A stretch of 64,000 nt of DNA, from assembly GCF_001194135.2 (NCBI RefSeq), contig NC_068984.1, positions 57,739,357 to 57,803,356 on the forward strand. Direction: 5' to 3'. A program made the position numbers and the translations under genes. This document shows, piece by piece, positions 10,590 to 24,858 of the stretch (the stretch's first letter is position 1; the number at the start of each line of letters is the position of its first letter). The notes beneath the pieces were generated by a model that was not told the origin of the DNA, searched no databases, and worked only from the letters and a program-made list of their open reading frames with translations. Source of the DNA: Octopus bimaculoides (Eukaryota).

Positions 10590-13520
10590 TATGAGAATGC
10601 CAGAGAAAATGTTGACAATTTCTGTGATCCTAAAATTCATTTCTTTGATGCTAGGGACAGGTTCCTTTACTCTGAAGAGCATGATAGAGATATTGATGAA
10701 TATCTAACAGGTCTGAGAAAACATATATGTTAATTTAGCAATTTGACTGGCCAATTGCTTTTAAATACAATGATCCTTAGTCTGGATGACATCTCATTAA
10801 GATGCAAATTTAAAGAAACTCATCATCTTGAACTGGCTAAAGCTGTAGCTATTGTAATGAAGAGCCAAAAGGAAGCAACAGAAGCCCAAGGTAGTTGCTT
10901 TTGAATATGTCAGTACTCACAGATGTTGTAAATACAAAGCAGTCAGAAAGGCCCAAATAAGTATATAAAAATTTTTTAAAAAATAAAAATTAGTGCAGGT
11001 CATAGATTTGGAGTTCAGTTTTGTCCTTTACATCACAAAGAGTATTATAAATGTGGTAACTCAGGCTATTTTGCAAATGTATGCTGCTCCACCAAAAAAT
11101 AAACATAAAATCAAATAATTTAATTATCCTAAGAAAACAGATACAATGCTTATTGACATACTAGACAGGGACAACTCTTAATGAGTATGCATAGTGCCAG
11201 TTAAAAGTATTAAACATGAGGCTGTGTTAGGCACATATGCATAATGCAATGTTACCGTTGACAATTTCTAAACAGTTATTGAAAGTCATAACCAATATAG
11301 AATAAAAACCTCTTTTCAGATCATATAGTGACACTTGTAGAACGACCAGTGGTATAAGTACAGAGACTGTACTGTTTTTATGTACTTCATAGCAAATGTG
11401 TCTAATTTAAGAAACCAGTGACTGGAGTTAAAATTGTACTAGTCTTGAATTACTTCAAAAGGTTGAAGAACTTAAAACAGAAAACATGAAGTCTCGAAAA
11501 TGTATTAGAAAAAATTTGCGGGTGCCTTTGAATGATTCCAGAAGCATTAAGAGGAGCTGTGACACAAGAACTAAAATCCAAAGAAATACTATAATACATT
11601 GTGCATAAGCCTTGATTCAATAGATTTTAACTGAGCTACTTGAAATAAATATTACTTCATACATACAATTTTGCAAGCTTCAGTTAAAATGCTATCTCCT
11701 AAGATTTCACAGTATTGAAAGCACAGATATCTTATTTAATAAATAGAGAAGAGTAGCAAATCATTCAATTCAATAGGCAAGATTTGCTAACAACAGTTTT
11801 CCTTTCAAAGTGAAACCAACTTCTGGGTTGTTCCAAGCAACTTTGGAACATTTGTTTGAAAGTATGCAATGTGTATTTGTGGTTATAGACAATATAATGA
11901 TGTTTTATGAATCAAAGGTTGAACAAGCTATTTTACAATATAGAGACAGCGGTTAAAACTTGAATTCAAAGAATCTTAGCTTTGAGTTACATGAGTAAAA
12001 TATGTTGAATATCTGCTAACCAAAGGAGTAAAACTGCAACTATATAAAATTTCTGCTATTCATACAACTGTTTACTGATTCCAGTGGAGTCAGATTATTA
12101 AGCATGGTGACATACCTGGCCAAGTTTATTCCACATCTGTGAAAATGAGAACCTCTGAGAAAGTTTACAGAAGATCAAAAGCATGACAACAGGCTAAAGT
12201 CAAGCAAAAAATGTTTGAACCAGAATGACTATTACTATTTCCTCTTGACATAGTAAAGTCTGTACTATGAAAGTAAATTCACAGTTGGCACAGTTTCACA
12301 ATAAGCAAACTATCCAACTGCATAAGCATCCATGTCACTGACTCCAGCCAATCAAAAATTAAAAAAAAGAGCTAAGCCCAGTAGTTTTGGGAGCTGAGAC
12401 CTTTCACAAGCATGTGTATAGTTTCTCATTCGTAGGAGAGACAGATCATAAACCCTTGTAAATATTCTGCACAAACTCCTTACAAGTTTCTTCCAGGGTT
12501 GCAGAAAATTATGTATAGACTGTGCAAGTATGATTGCACATTAAAATATGTACAAAAGGAAGAAGTGATAACTGCAGATACACTAGTCTTTCACTCATAC
12601 GACAGACAACTTGGTTTAAAATTGATTTGTCACCAACAAATCAATTTAAAATCAATGATGAATGACACAAAAATTGCAGAAATGAAAGCTGAGACTGCTA
12701 ATGATAATTAACTGGCTGAATAAGTACAAGTTCTGGAACAGGACTGACCTGAAAAACACTGTCTATTACCAGAGGTTATTACAAGTTTCTGGAACTGCAA
12801 AGATAAATTAACACATGTCCAGGGAAATATTAGTCAACAAATACAAAATTATTGTTCTTCTGGTAACAAAACAACAAATGCTTAATTTATTTAGATTACT
12901 TGCAGCGTCTAGAGAAAGAGAATTAATGTGTTGGCCTAGGATATCAACAGATATCACTGAACTGGTTGACAAATGTGGTATGGGTATACAGCATCAGAGA
13001 AGCCAGTAAAGTAGAGATGCTTGAATCAATACCAGTACTGGAATTGCTAGGATCAACAGTTAGAGCAGAATTGTTTCATATACAAGAACTTTCAGTTTTT
13101 CATTCTTGTGAATTACTACAGTAGGTTCACCGAATATAGTGAACCATCAGACACAAAAAACAAACAGTCACAAACCACTGTTAATTTCAGTTTACAAGAC
13201 ATGATCTTCCAGTGAAACCCGGTAGACATATACTTGCAATTTAGCAGATAATTGTTCAATGTATTTTCCAATATTGAGAAGTTTGAGCACAACACTTCAA
13301 GCAAAGAACTCCTGGTCCCACACACTCCTAGACATATCAGAAAGAGCTGTTAGAATTTTGAAATCACTGCTACTGAAAGTAGATGATCCATATCTTACAC
13401 TTTTAGACTACACATTAGTTCACCATTTGGTCTAAAACCTAGAACCTTATTGTCCATCAGTTAACTCCAGTTGAAATCTGATATATCTCACAACCTTGTC
13501 TATTCATAGAGTGAGTAAAG
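10590..13520 (+). mobile_element. Highly decayed Gypsy element, Mag-like clade
   Basis: Fragments in canonical order: gag knuckle (YKCGNSG.FANVC), RT (IPEALRGAVTQEL; VVIDNIM; LLSMVTYLAKFIPHL), RNase H (ETDHKPL...RLQKIMYRLCKYDCTLKYV...TADTL), integrase zinc-binding part (CWPRISTDITELVDKC). Many stops. Confidence 0.7.
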
Positions 13521-14511
13521 GCTAAAATCTATTTTAAAAGATCAGCCAACAATCTATCCCCATTAAAGACAGGGAACTTTGTAAATGACTATCAGTGAGC
13601 ATGACTGGGTAACTGTAAAAGTAACCAAATAGGTTGGTAACAAAAAAAGTTATATAATGACAGAGTTAGAAAAGTTACCATTGAAACAGAAACCACCTCT
13701 ACATGTTGAAATAAACCTTTACCCAATAACCTGCACTTAGCAAATAGCGATGTTGACAAGTCTAATGATGCTGTTTCATATGTGGTTGAAGAATTAACCA
13801 TAAACCATTTTAACTAACAAAAAAAGTTATCAATGTTAGATGTGCATCTAAAACCTTGTTGTATTGTTAAATTGTTATACTTGGAACTTGGAGATGCTGT
13901 GAAGTAACACAGAATCTGGTGAACCATAAACAATACACAATCTGTTGAAAGGAAATGGGATTGTAAAATTCTGGTTAGGCAAGATAGTGATTTGCAGTCA
14001 CAATACTGACCTAAACTGAACAACAGGTGATCAATTCAAATACCTTCAGTTCTGAGTATAAATCCTGCCAAAATTATCAGCCTTTCATCTTTCCACAATC
14101 TGTAAGAAATAAAAATCATTCCAATAGCATACCCAAAGAGAAGTTTTAAAAAACTAAATCAAATTCTATAATATTTCAGAAGCTTATTTCAGTAGCTCTT
14201 ATAATCCTTTGTCATACAATGGAATGCCAAAAAAAAAATCATATTTTCATTAAACATTCAGAAATGCAAGAAAAAACTTGAGTTAATAATTGCTAATATT
14301 AATTCTTCACAAACTGCTCCAAAGATTATAATCTATCAAGTTTCTGCATAATGTCACGATGTTTAAGAAAAAGACAGTTGATATTTCCACTTGCTTTGAT
14401 ATATTTAAAGATGTGATGCATTCAAAAACTTATAATTAAAAATGACCTAAAAGAAATAATTCAAATGATTTATATCAAAGATCTTATATAAGTGGTAAAG
14501 TACAAAATGAT

Positions 14512-15900
14512 AGTGGCATTTTGTCTATCTTTACATTCTAAGCTCAAATTCTATTGAGGCCAACTTTGCTTTTCATCCTTTCATGGTAAATTAAATAAGT
14601 ACCAGTTGGACAGCATTTCATCCATCTTTACGTTCTAAGTCCAAATTCCACCAAGGTTGAATTTGCTTTTAATCCTGTTCAGGCCCAATAAAATGAGCAC
14701 CAGTCAAGTACTGGGGGTCAATGTAATCAATTAGCACCTCACCAAATTTCAGGCCTTGTGCCTATAGTAGAAAGGATATTATTATTCAACAATGCTTTTG
14801 GGCTTTTGGCAGTGAAGGCTCATGGCCTAGTAGTTTGGATGCTGGGCACACAGCAGTTAAGTTGTGGGTTCTCATCACAGACTGGGTTGCATTGTGTCCT
14901 TGAGCATGTTGTTCCAGTACACTCAGCTGGAAATCTGTACCAGTAGCACATATAGATTAACCCTGCAAAAGACTAGTATCCCATTCAAAAGAAAGTTTTG
15001 TATATTCTGCCCAAACACCTTGAAAATCTGAATGAATTCCAGCCTGATGAACCTGCAGGCTCAAAACAGATGCTGCACTAACAACATTGTTAGAGCAGTG
15101 GATATAGTGCTTTGTAGTATACATGTCAACTCTTTATGTTCTGAGTTCAAATCCCAAAGCAATGCATGGGCAGAATTATTAGATTATTGAATAAAATGCC
15201 TTGCGGTATTTCTCTCATCTCTTTGAATTCTGAGTTCAAATTCCATTGAGATTAACTTGCTTTTCATCACTCTAGGGCTGATGAGATAACGTATCAAGTA
15301 CTGTGTTTAAAAGTATCAACTTAACCTCTGTGCAGCCCCCTCTCCTAAAAATCTCAGGTCTTGTACCTATGTTAGAAAACAATCATTATTAAGGCAGCAA
15401 GCTGGCAGAATTGTTAGCATGTCGGGCAAAATGCTTAGCGAAGCAGCATTTCATCCATCATTACAATCTGAGTTCAAATGAGGCCAAGGTCAACTTTGCC
15501 TTTCATCCTTTCGGGGTCAATAAATTAAGTACCAATTGCGTACTAGGGTCGATATAATCAAATGGCCCCCTCCTGCCAAAAATTTCAGGCTTTGTGCATA
15601 TAGCAGAAATAATTATTATTATTATTACTATTAAAGCAACAAGTTGGCAGAATTGTTAGCACACCAAGCAAAATGCTTGGTGGCATTTTGTCCATTTTTA
15701 CATTCTGAGTTCAAATTTCACCAAAATCGATTTTGCCTTTCATCCTTAGCAATATTTCATCCATTTTTATGTTCTGACTTCAACTTCTGCCAAAGTTGAC
15801 TTTGCTTTCCATCCTTTTGGTGTCAATGAAATAAGCACTGGGTTGCATTGTACCCTTGAGCATGTTGCTTTTGATCCTTTAGTAGAAAGGATCATTATTT
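14512..15900 (+). mobile_element. Cluster of about 5 co-oriented family B SINEs plus an older SINE fragment
   Basis: Repeated motifs ttctgagttcaaatt (B-box-like), ttgcctttcatcc, aagtacc, caggccttgtgcct at about 14512, 14600, 15165, 15391 and 15632. A different tRNA-like SINE lies at about 14815-14995. Confidence 0.8.
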
Positions 15901-15989
15901 TATTGTTACTGCTGTTGTTGTTGCCACTATTGTTGTTCACTGTAGACAGTTATATTTTCAGAGTTCTGTGCAGAAGATATTTTTTTCAA

Positions 15990-16760
15990 GACTATATTAT
16001 GCAAAAAATTTTGGGGAAATTCATTTTACTATCAAGAGAATTCAAAAATATTGGACATCTAACCAATGACAAAGAAGTAGAGGACATAGCCAGGGACATC
16101 AGTACAGACATAGACATTTGGCTGGCCACCTTTGCAACAACACTGACAGATGGTGAGCATACAAGTGATACCCAACACCACATGGTCTGCACAGACGTGC
16201 AGCTCTTGATGTCATTCGACTTTGAAGACCCAGAGTTGTACACTGTTATGGAAACAGAGCAGAAGGCAATCAAAGTGATGGCACAAAGCAAGAAGCCCAG
16301 TTACTATTTGTGTGGAAATAAGAGCAAGTTGAGGACTCACTGCCTAGAAGAGAAAGAAAATTGACTGAAGAAAGGCAAAAGAAGAAAGAGGATGATAGAA
16401 AACAACAGCAGCAGGTTCCAGAAGCTGTTTCTAGTGTATCATCAATCAACTCCAAGGATAGTAAGAGTGAAAAAAAAATCACTTCAACCTCACCAAGAGG
16501 CGGTGGGGGCTTTCCTCCCAGCAAAGGGCCAAACAGAGACCATAGCTAAGAGTGTAACCCCATTATCACAAGACTATGGAGAGATGGAAACTGGAAATAA
16601 GTGGAAAACTACTAAAATACTAAAAAGGGGTAAGAAAAATAAAGATTGAACTTGGCCAGAAAATAAAGAAAGATTGGAGAACCCTCATTAAAAGGCACCC
16701 ATCCCCATGAGGCTTTGGACCTTTACAGTAATTCAGAAAGAACAACTCTACCTAGTTGAC
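15990..16760 (+). pseudogene. Probable LINE ORF1 (gag-like) relic
   Basis: Extended coding-like frame with a degenerate CCHC knuckle (KPSYYLCGNKSKLRTHC) followed by a K/E/S-rich region with stops. No ORF2 seen. Confidence 0.45.
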
Positions 16761-18485
16761 CAAACACTGGCCCTTATAGGGCACTCAGATACTATGCTGA
16801 TTAAAAAGGAGTTGAGTGACAAGAACTAGGAGCTTATAAATGAAGGACATTTAATAAAAACCAAAGTGGTGGTCTACTAACAACTTAGGAATTATGCCTT
16901 CAGTTCAACTGAACCTTAGCTCTTCATAGCTCAGCTGGGACTAAAGAAGCTTACAGGCAGCTTTGGAGAGACCAGTTTGTTTCCTATGTTAGACTTTCCC
17001 TCCAAGTTCATTTAACATATGCAGTTCCATATCTGCTGTATAATATTTCTGATATCAAAATCACACTGCACTTCAAGGTGGAACTTCAGACATCCACATC
17101 TCTTTGAAGTGAACATTAGTTTCACATTTAGGATATCTTTCTGTAGGCAACCATTGGTCATTGGCTCATTTATGCATATCTAAAAGGCATTGAATAAGGT
17201 ATATAGAGTTTAGTGAATGGCTCCAGAGTTAATGAGCAAAATTTAATAGCTTCATACATGGAACAGCCAAATGTACATCCAGGGACAATGCTAGAGTAAG
17301 CTTTGCAATGTGCACTTCCCACTTACAATTGTTTGCCAAAGACAACCAGAAGTGGTAGCTTACAATGTATGATATATATTAATTCAGTATTATATCAACA
17401 CTTCAGTTGATGATGATAGTTTTCTGCTACTACTAAAGCACTGTTCTGGAAATGTCCTCACGTGCTCTCTTTATTACTAAGTTTTTGTGTTTTTCATCAG
17501 ATTAAGAAATTATGTCCAAGTTATTTGGAATTTGTAAGGCACCCCCAGAATTTAACACTCTGGATGATTGCCAGGTTTGTCTCATGTGTAGTGGATAAAC
17601 ATTAATCTTACAAGTGAGGAAGCTGGATTTCATACCTACTGATCTGAATTAGGAGTCAAATGTTCTTTGACCAATGAATTTAATTCTACAAACCCCAGTT
17701 CACCTAGCTGCTAGAATATACCAGTTATACACTGGTACCAACCAGAAATGAGATTTATCTCACACTTGTGAACACTGTATAGTCATTGCTAAGTACTAAT
17801 TTATATTGACACTTCAAGGTTTGTGAGATGGGTAAAGGACTGTTTAGAATTCCGAAAGTAGAATTTGCCTCGTCTGTGTACATGTTAATTTCCACAGCTC
17901 TAAGAACTAGTCTTGGTGATAACCACAAGATGTGTCTTTCAATGATTAATGATAAATTGTTAGTCTGCATTCTTACAAAATAAGACATGTACACTCTGAT
18001 CCAAAACAATTTTCTCAGAGTTCATACACACAGTAAATTTTGCTGAAAGAAAGAGGGTTTTATACATTGTTTACATTCTTATGCAGAATATGCCATTCAC
18101 TTTGCATTGTGGACTTAGAAAAGCTAGCTAGAAACTTTCTTTGCACAGAGAAACGAGAGGATAAACTCCTTGTCTACCTCTGCAAATGTGAAGTAATATA
18201 ACAAATGGAACTAGTGGGGAAAGAGCAACAAGCTGAGAGGGACACAGCCTGTTAACACCACAAACTGCAAAATATTTTAGCTTGGATCTAGAAAACTGGT
18301 AAATAACTATTGCAAATAAAAAGAGAGAACTGTCTATATTAGATTTTTCTTCTCTCAAATGGGAAAAAAAAATCAGATATAAAAACGCTGATGGAAATTG
18401 AACTAACTTAGAATCAAAATATTTCTTATAAACTCATAACATCTAATTTCAGAAGAAAGCTGCTGGTGACTTGTACTATTCTTAC

Positions 18486-18670
18486 AGCGGCCCGATTAGG
18501 GCATTTCCTGGTGGTTCGACAATGACAAACTCTCCAGAAAACAAATCGTGAAATGAATAATCTTTAAACACAGGTTAAAGTTAAGCTTTAGAACTTGTTA
18601 CGTAGTTTTCTAATCCCAATTTCGTTGACAAGGTATCATTCAATTCCAATCAGCTTTACGTCATAAAGGA
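18486..18670 (-). promoter_or_regulatory. Candidate promoter and first non-coding exon (possibly of ZNF-A)
   Basis: CpG-retaining patch with adjacent TGACGTAA and CCAAT (plus strand ccaatcagctttacgtca, about 18646-18663) and a minus-strand donor ccgct|gtaaga at 18486/18485. Confidence 0.4.
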
Positions 18671-21212
18671 TATCACGAAGAGAAGAGAATTTCACTATTG
18701 ATTCGGCTTGAAATTTTTACTGACCCACAAGTAATAGAAAACTGAAACAATTTTAAAATCAATATTAAAATATTTTTCAATGAAAAATATACTTTGCCCA
18801 ACTACATTGACACCCAAAGTCTTCGATCTTTAAAAACAGGTTAGTGCAAGTAAATATATTAAATTTCTTTTTGATGTATAACTTCAATATATTCACTCAA
18901 GCTTTAATTCTTTAAAAATAAATTCGAAAGAAAATACTGTTAGGATCTTAAAAACAATAATGGCTGGAATACATTCGAGGATGTCACAAAGTGAGTGCCC
19001 ATCGTTTATGTTATGACTTTTAAGAAAAATAATAAACACAGGTTTTCAGACATAAATACATTCAGTGGCGATTTTTATGAGAAACGTATTTAATTTGCAT
19101 AAATTTAATCATTCGGAAAATTTACGAATGAAAAAGAGAATGTATGATTATAAAGCTATGCTGACCATTTAAGTGAAGGTGGTGGGTGGGTGGTGTCATA
19201 TAATGGACGACCAAGCTTTGCCGTGGGTCAAGTTGTAAACAAATATTTCACTTCGGAGAAGGCACCAAGGAATAGGAAAATATTTCGCTTTCTTACTCTA
19301 TAAACATTTCTACTGATATATAAAACAGATAACACGAAAAAAACAATTCAAATTCCAAAGCCTACAGTAAACAGAAAACTTTATCAAATTTACAGAACTA
19401 CGCTTAGGAGCTGACATTTTAATAAACACAATTATAGCCAAATTCTGTTGGATACTTGAATGATTCTGTCGAGTGAAATCATAATTAGCAACCAAATAAC
19501 GTGAGGATTTAACGCAAATCATATTATTGCCACTAGTTTAAAAAGTATATAGAACAAAACGATGACTTACTATTTGACAAGAAAATAACGACAGTAAAAA
19601 TACCGGTATGAAAGTTTCCGAGGAGAGTCCGAGGCTAAGCTGTTATAGTAGTTGTTGTAGTTGTTTACTTTATCTACGGAAGACCAAGAACAGCATAAAA
19701 TTATTTTGCTGACACGTCTTGGAGATTGTGATAAATGAAAATGACAAATCTATTATTCTCCAATGTATTTTATTTGCGTCGTAAATTATGATAAACGCAC
19801 TTCAAGAAATTATTTTAGCGAACATTATCATGAAAATATTTTACTCTATTTCTGCCACATCAATAGATTCGACCGAATGATAAATTCCAAGTTGGCATAT
19901 CGTTTTTTTAAAGTGTATTATTAATATTTAAACGTGGTAATTATATTTTCTTTTAATACATTAATTTAAATTTCAAAATGGCGAAAATCATTATACAAAT
20001 GCAGCAAAAACCAATTTGGGAATTATAGAAAAGAAAATACTTTGAGGTGAGGGTGACAGTATTTACTACAAACAGGACTTTCAGACAACTTGAATGTTAC
20101 TAAGATATTTTGAGGTTAGGGGAAAATAGAATTCTCTAGAATAAACAAAATTTTACTTTTGCTGCTCATTATAATGTAAATTAACCAGGGAAAAAAAGAG
20201 TAAATTATAATTTTGGGTTTCTGTATGCCTTAACAACAAAAGCAAGACATGAGATATTTTTCAAGTCTTCATCAATGGCCAAAGTATTAACTGGCTATTA
20301 GTTTATTCCAAATTAGTAAATGTTGCTCAGTCTCTACAACAGAATCCCTAATTGCATTCCAAATCTTGTCAGCCAAAACATTTTTATATAATTAATTGTA
20401 TCTGTTTTCCCTTCGAAGCCTTCTTTCACCAATTCCCATCACATAATGCATACTATCCATATACATTATAAATTAATTCTAGCAGAGCTATTTCTTTTAT
20501 ATCAGTCAATACTGATGCTCCACTGTCACTTTCTAAACAAGCTTGTTCTTAGACTTTCATATTCATGTTGCATAGCCAACAATTATATTCTAATCCTCCA
20601 GCTTTGTGGTTTATATTTAATTAAGATACACTTCAAAAGCTACATGTTCATTATGCAATCTATCTGTTGGAACATTTTAATCGTTTTTTGTTGGTAACAA
20701 AAATAACAATCAGTATATGCCTGTTAATTTTGTATTTCATACTCATTCACAGCACAAATTACATCACTTGCACCATAAAACTTTTATACGACCTCAAGCA
20801 AACCACCAGAGAACACACCATGGCCTGCAGTCTTTAACCACACAGCATTTATTTTATCAATTTAAGCTTCTGTGTGAAGCTAAAAAACCAAAATATACTA
20901 AAAATGCATCTTAAACCCTTTATGTATAAGAAAATGATAAAAAAAGAAAGAAAGAAAGAAAGAATAGACAGTTAGATGCTTCTGTTGTTGAACTTTTTTG
21001 TATCTTCCATGAATTGGAAGATCTTATTTTTGGTTGGTAGATCCTTGAGAATGAAATGTACAATTTGGTAAGCATTCAAAGACCAGTTTCAAAGTGTCAT
21101 CTTTCTCAGGTTGATAACTTTTGAATTGGAACAAATAGTGAGAAAGTTTCTTGGTGGTTTCCACTAGAACATAATAATGATCCTATGCAACATTTTCATG
21201 ATAATATATAGT

Positions 21213-21425
21213 TTAACCCTTTAGCATTTAAACTGGCTATATCCAGCCTAACTGCTTTATGTCCAAACTGGCTAAATCCAGATCTCACATATGCCCAACA
21301 ATGCCATTCTAAAAGTAAACAATCACATCATTGAACTCTCAGCTATGAGATAATGCATAATTCAGAGCAATATGAATAAATAACCATTACATCTGACAGA
21401 GTAATCTGAATTGCAAACAGAATAG
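21213..21425. mobile_element. piggyBac-like MITE, degraded
   Basis: Starts TTAA|CCCTTTAGCA. The right end is degenerate. Confidence 0.35.
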
Positions 21426-22431
21426 TGATAGTGTGGAACTAATTCTACTCTATTATACAGATAGTTGCATTTCTGCTGTGTTCATTGAGACCACTTTTTG
21501 CATAATGATCAAGTGAAGTGGAAAAAGAAAGCAAATGGCTCCCTGAACAGGATGCCAGTTAACCACAGGAAACTTTTTTGTGCAGATAAAACTGAATTTA
21601 GTATTCTGAGCCATTGCCAATTTTACAGAACTTTTGTCCAACAGTATGCACGTGCAACTAAACAGTTATTTAAAGTCACATGAGCAGACCTCTGATAAAA
21701 GACATTCCACCTTGATAATAGTACCTTTGTATAAGCAATTACACTGTCAGAAAGAGAAGACCACAGGGTTTTCAGAATGGTGTGCCTAATGAAAATTTAC
21801 CTTGAATACTTTTAGTAGTGTGTCCCACCAGATGATGGGCCATGTCTCATATTGCCCACTTCTCAGAAAAGATTGTCCATCATTTTACACCACATCTAGT
21901 TTTTAGGTACCTTTAGCCAATTCTGCATAATTAATTATGCTAAAAAGGAGTATCAGAACTGTACAGAAACCAGGTATTGGAAACTCAATTTTAGTAAGAT
22001 AAATGCAGTAGAGCATCATGTATGAACAGGATATCAAGCATTTGATATACCAGCTGATTCACAAGAAACATGTAAGTTATTTTACCTAAAGCAAGGTTAA
22101 TGATAGTATTTTGTCTGGAATTTAAGATGGCTAAAAGTTTAAATGACTGCTTTCTATGCTAGCATATGAATGTGTCAAAAGTGTGATGTTCCATTTCTAT
22201 GAAATGTAGAAAGTTAAACTGAAAGACATGCAACAATTAGAAATATCAAATACTTGCTGCATTCATTTGTATTTAACTGATCTCAGGTTTCTACTCTGAA
22301 CTTGAGATACAGCTGGAAAATGAGATGAGAAAACACCTGGGTATCAAATTCAGTTATACATTTCCTGTGGTAAACAGGCTAAACTTTAGGAAACACTGAC
22401 CTAATCAGACCAAATTGGCTTACATATGCAA

Positions 22432-24858
22432 TCATTCTTAAATGAATAACACAATGTAACACATGTTCATATATGCATTTTTTGCCACTAAATTCAAAAA
22501 TCACATTTGCTTTGACGTAACATCGATAGTTATTTATTTATTCCTAATTTCATATTTGCTCGTTATATTTGTAACTTTTCTCTACAGCACTTTGTTGGTT
22601 CAATCTATTCTAATATTGTAAGGATAATTACACAACATTTAGTACTTTTTCATATATTGAAAGGTATTTAGGAAGTATAATATTAGTTAGAACAAAAAGA
22701 AACAATAAAACTCTGCACTGTAAATGCCTTGATGACTCTTTTCTTAAGATAAGAAGTGCTTTGATGATCGAGATTTTCTGGAGTGTATATTTTCATCTCT
22801 TCTGACTAGAGACAATATATAATCTCCCATCATAGCAGTAACCCATCGTCCTTGGTATCTTCTTCCCATAGTTGCGATGTCCTGATGAAATCTCTCACCA
22901 TGCTCCTCACTGACATCACCCAAGTTTTCAGGGTAAAAATCTAGGTGAGAGTGCAAAAATGAACCTTTAAGGACATATGACAACCCATTTTTCTTGAAGT
23001 TTTCAATAAGCTTTGCTACCAGCCGTTTGTAATTAGGATCCTTGTGATTTCCTAGGAATCCATGAACTACATCACGAAATGCACACCAAGCTTCTTTTTC
23101 AACTTTTGTCATTGCTTGTTCCAGTTTCTTCAACTTTAACATTGCATTTACTTGGGGCCCAACAAATATGCCACCCTTGATCTTAGATAGCTTTGGAAAC
23201 ATAAGACAAATTTCTTGAAAAGCTTCTCCTCTAAAATCTAAGGCCTTCACAAACTGTTTTACCAATCCGAGTTTGATATGAAGTGTTGGAATCTACTAGA
23301 GGCTGTTTGAGAACATTTAACAGTTCTACTCGTGGGGACCAATGTACTCTCTTGTAATGATCCTCATCAGCTCTGCTGTCCCATAAGCAAAGGAAACATG
23401 AATACTTTGTGTATCCTCCTTATAAGCCAAGCAAGAAGGCAAGCATCTTGAAATCACCACAAACATCCCACTTGAACTCAGCGTAATTTATTTTGTCGAG
23501 AAATTCTTTGACATTATCATAATTTTCTTTCTTCTGTATGGAGTGTGCAAGAGGCAAAGAAGGATATTTGTTTTCATTGTGGAGCAACACTGCTTTGAGA
23601 CTTCATGTTGAGCTATCTATGAACAGTTGCCATTCTGCAGAATCATGCTTGAGTCCAATAGCAGTAAACAAACCAATCACATCTTTACAATAACACAGAT
23701 CATTAATAATTTCATAGTAAATTTCAAATTCTTCATGGCATTTTCGGTACACAGATGTCTTGTAATCTTCCCCCAGTAGATTCCATTCCTTCAACCTTGA
23801 TGAAAGAAGTTCAGCTCCTGACATAGTAAGACCCAGATCCCTGATTAAATCATCTAGCTCACTCTGATTTGGAAAGTGAGGCTCCGAAGTCGTTCTTGGT
23901 ACGAAAGCTTCCTCCATTTCTTGGCTGCTGCTACTTGTTGACTCTTCAGATGAAATATTTTCTGGTGGTAGTGGTACTCGTAAACTATCATTATGTGGGA
24001 CAGGTGCTCTAGATGATGGATACTGAAGAACTTGTCTTCCTTTCACTTTTCTGTACCATCATGATGGTTCTTTCGCTCTCTCCATACTCTTGGAATGGCA
24101 AAAGGCATTGACTTTCCTGTACATCTTAACCATCCTTCTAGAGTAGATCAACAGCTTCCACATATCACATGTGGGGCCCATGGTTTGTCCTGGTCACCCA
24201 TGAGTATTCTGAAATAGAGTCTGTACGCTATCCACAATTTGACACCTTTAACGATCTTATGTAATACCTGCTTTTTTCCAATATAATAACCACACACATA
24301 GCAAAATGTATCTGGAGAATTTTTACATACTCTAGTAGCCATCTTGAAAGTAGCAGAACTTAGTAATTAGTCTGAAAGAGAAAATTAGAAATACATTTAG
24401 TAGAGGAACATTATAACAATACCGAATATATAATAACATTGAAAGTCGGCATATTTTCTTAACTGTTGATGATACACAAAAACTAATTTCATTTTTGGAA
24501 TCAGCAGAAAAAATGGATTGATAAACAATAAAAAAAATACAATAAACAAATTTTGTTTTGAAAATTGTTACGTTGTGTAATCAAAGCACACAGATATTGA
24601 ATAACTTTAGCTTTACTATTTTGAGTTCATAGTTTACATTTGATAATTAGTGTTAAATGAGCACATTTACTATGATGGCAAACGATAAGAAAAACAAACA
24701 AAAAAACATGACACTTGTTACTGTGTCATGTATTTTTGTTTGTTCTTTTTATCATTTACCATCATGCACTCATTTAACAGTAATTATTGAATGTAAACAA
24801 TATTAGTAAAGCTAAAGTTATTTAATATCTGCATGTTTTGACTATTCATTTAAAAATG
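22432..24858. repeat. AT-rich foldback element (arms about 150 bp) split by the Chapaev3 insertion
   Basis: The joined left arm (22432-22449 plus 24581-24714) is the reverse complement of 24723-24858, with gaps. Apex is catgacac-ttgttact-gtgtcatg. Confidence 0.7.
22450..24577 (-). mobile_element. Chapaev3-like (CMC group) DNA transposon, full-length but decayed
   Basis: 11-bp TIRs cacaatgtaac / gttacgttgtg and a 3-bp TAA TSD (22447-49, 24578-80). Transposase starts at ATG 24342 with a zinc finger (FCYVCG..PHVICGSC..WRE.KNH), then IDSS (D), CGDFK (D), CFLC, LHIKLG, LHSH and HGERFHQ (E). Several stops and deletions. Confidence 0.8.

Noticed and set aside
14045-14101. Minus-strand mini-exon candidate (LWKDERLIILAGFILRTE) and a similar one near 17975-18042
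   Set aside because: Plausible splice sites, but no recognisable protein or linking evidence; at best UTR exons.
17000-18100. Coding-looking composition on the minus strand
   Set aside because: The frames I translated are interrupted by stops and show no recognisable motif.
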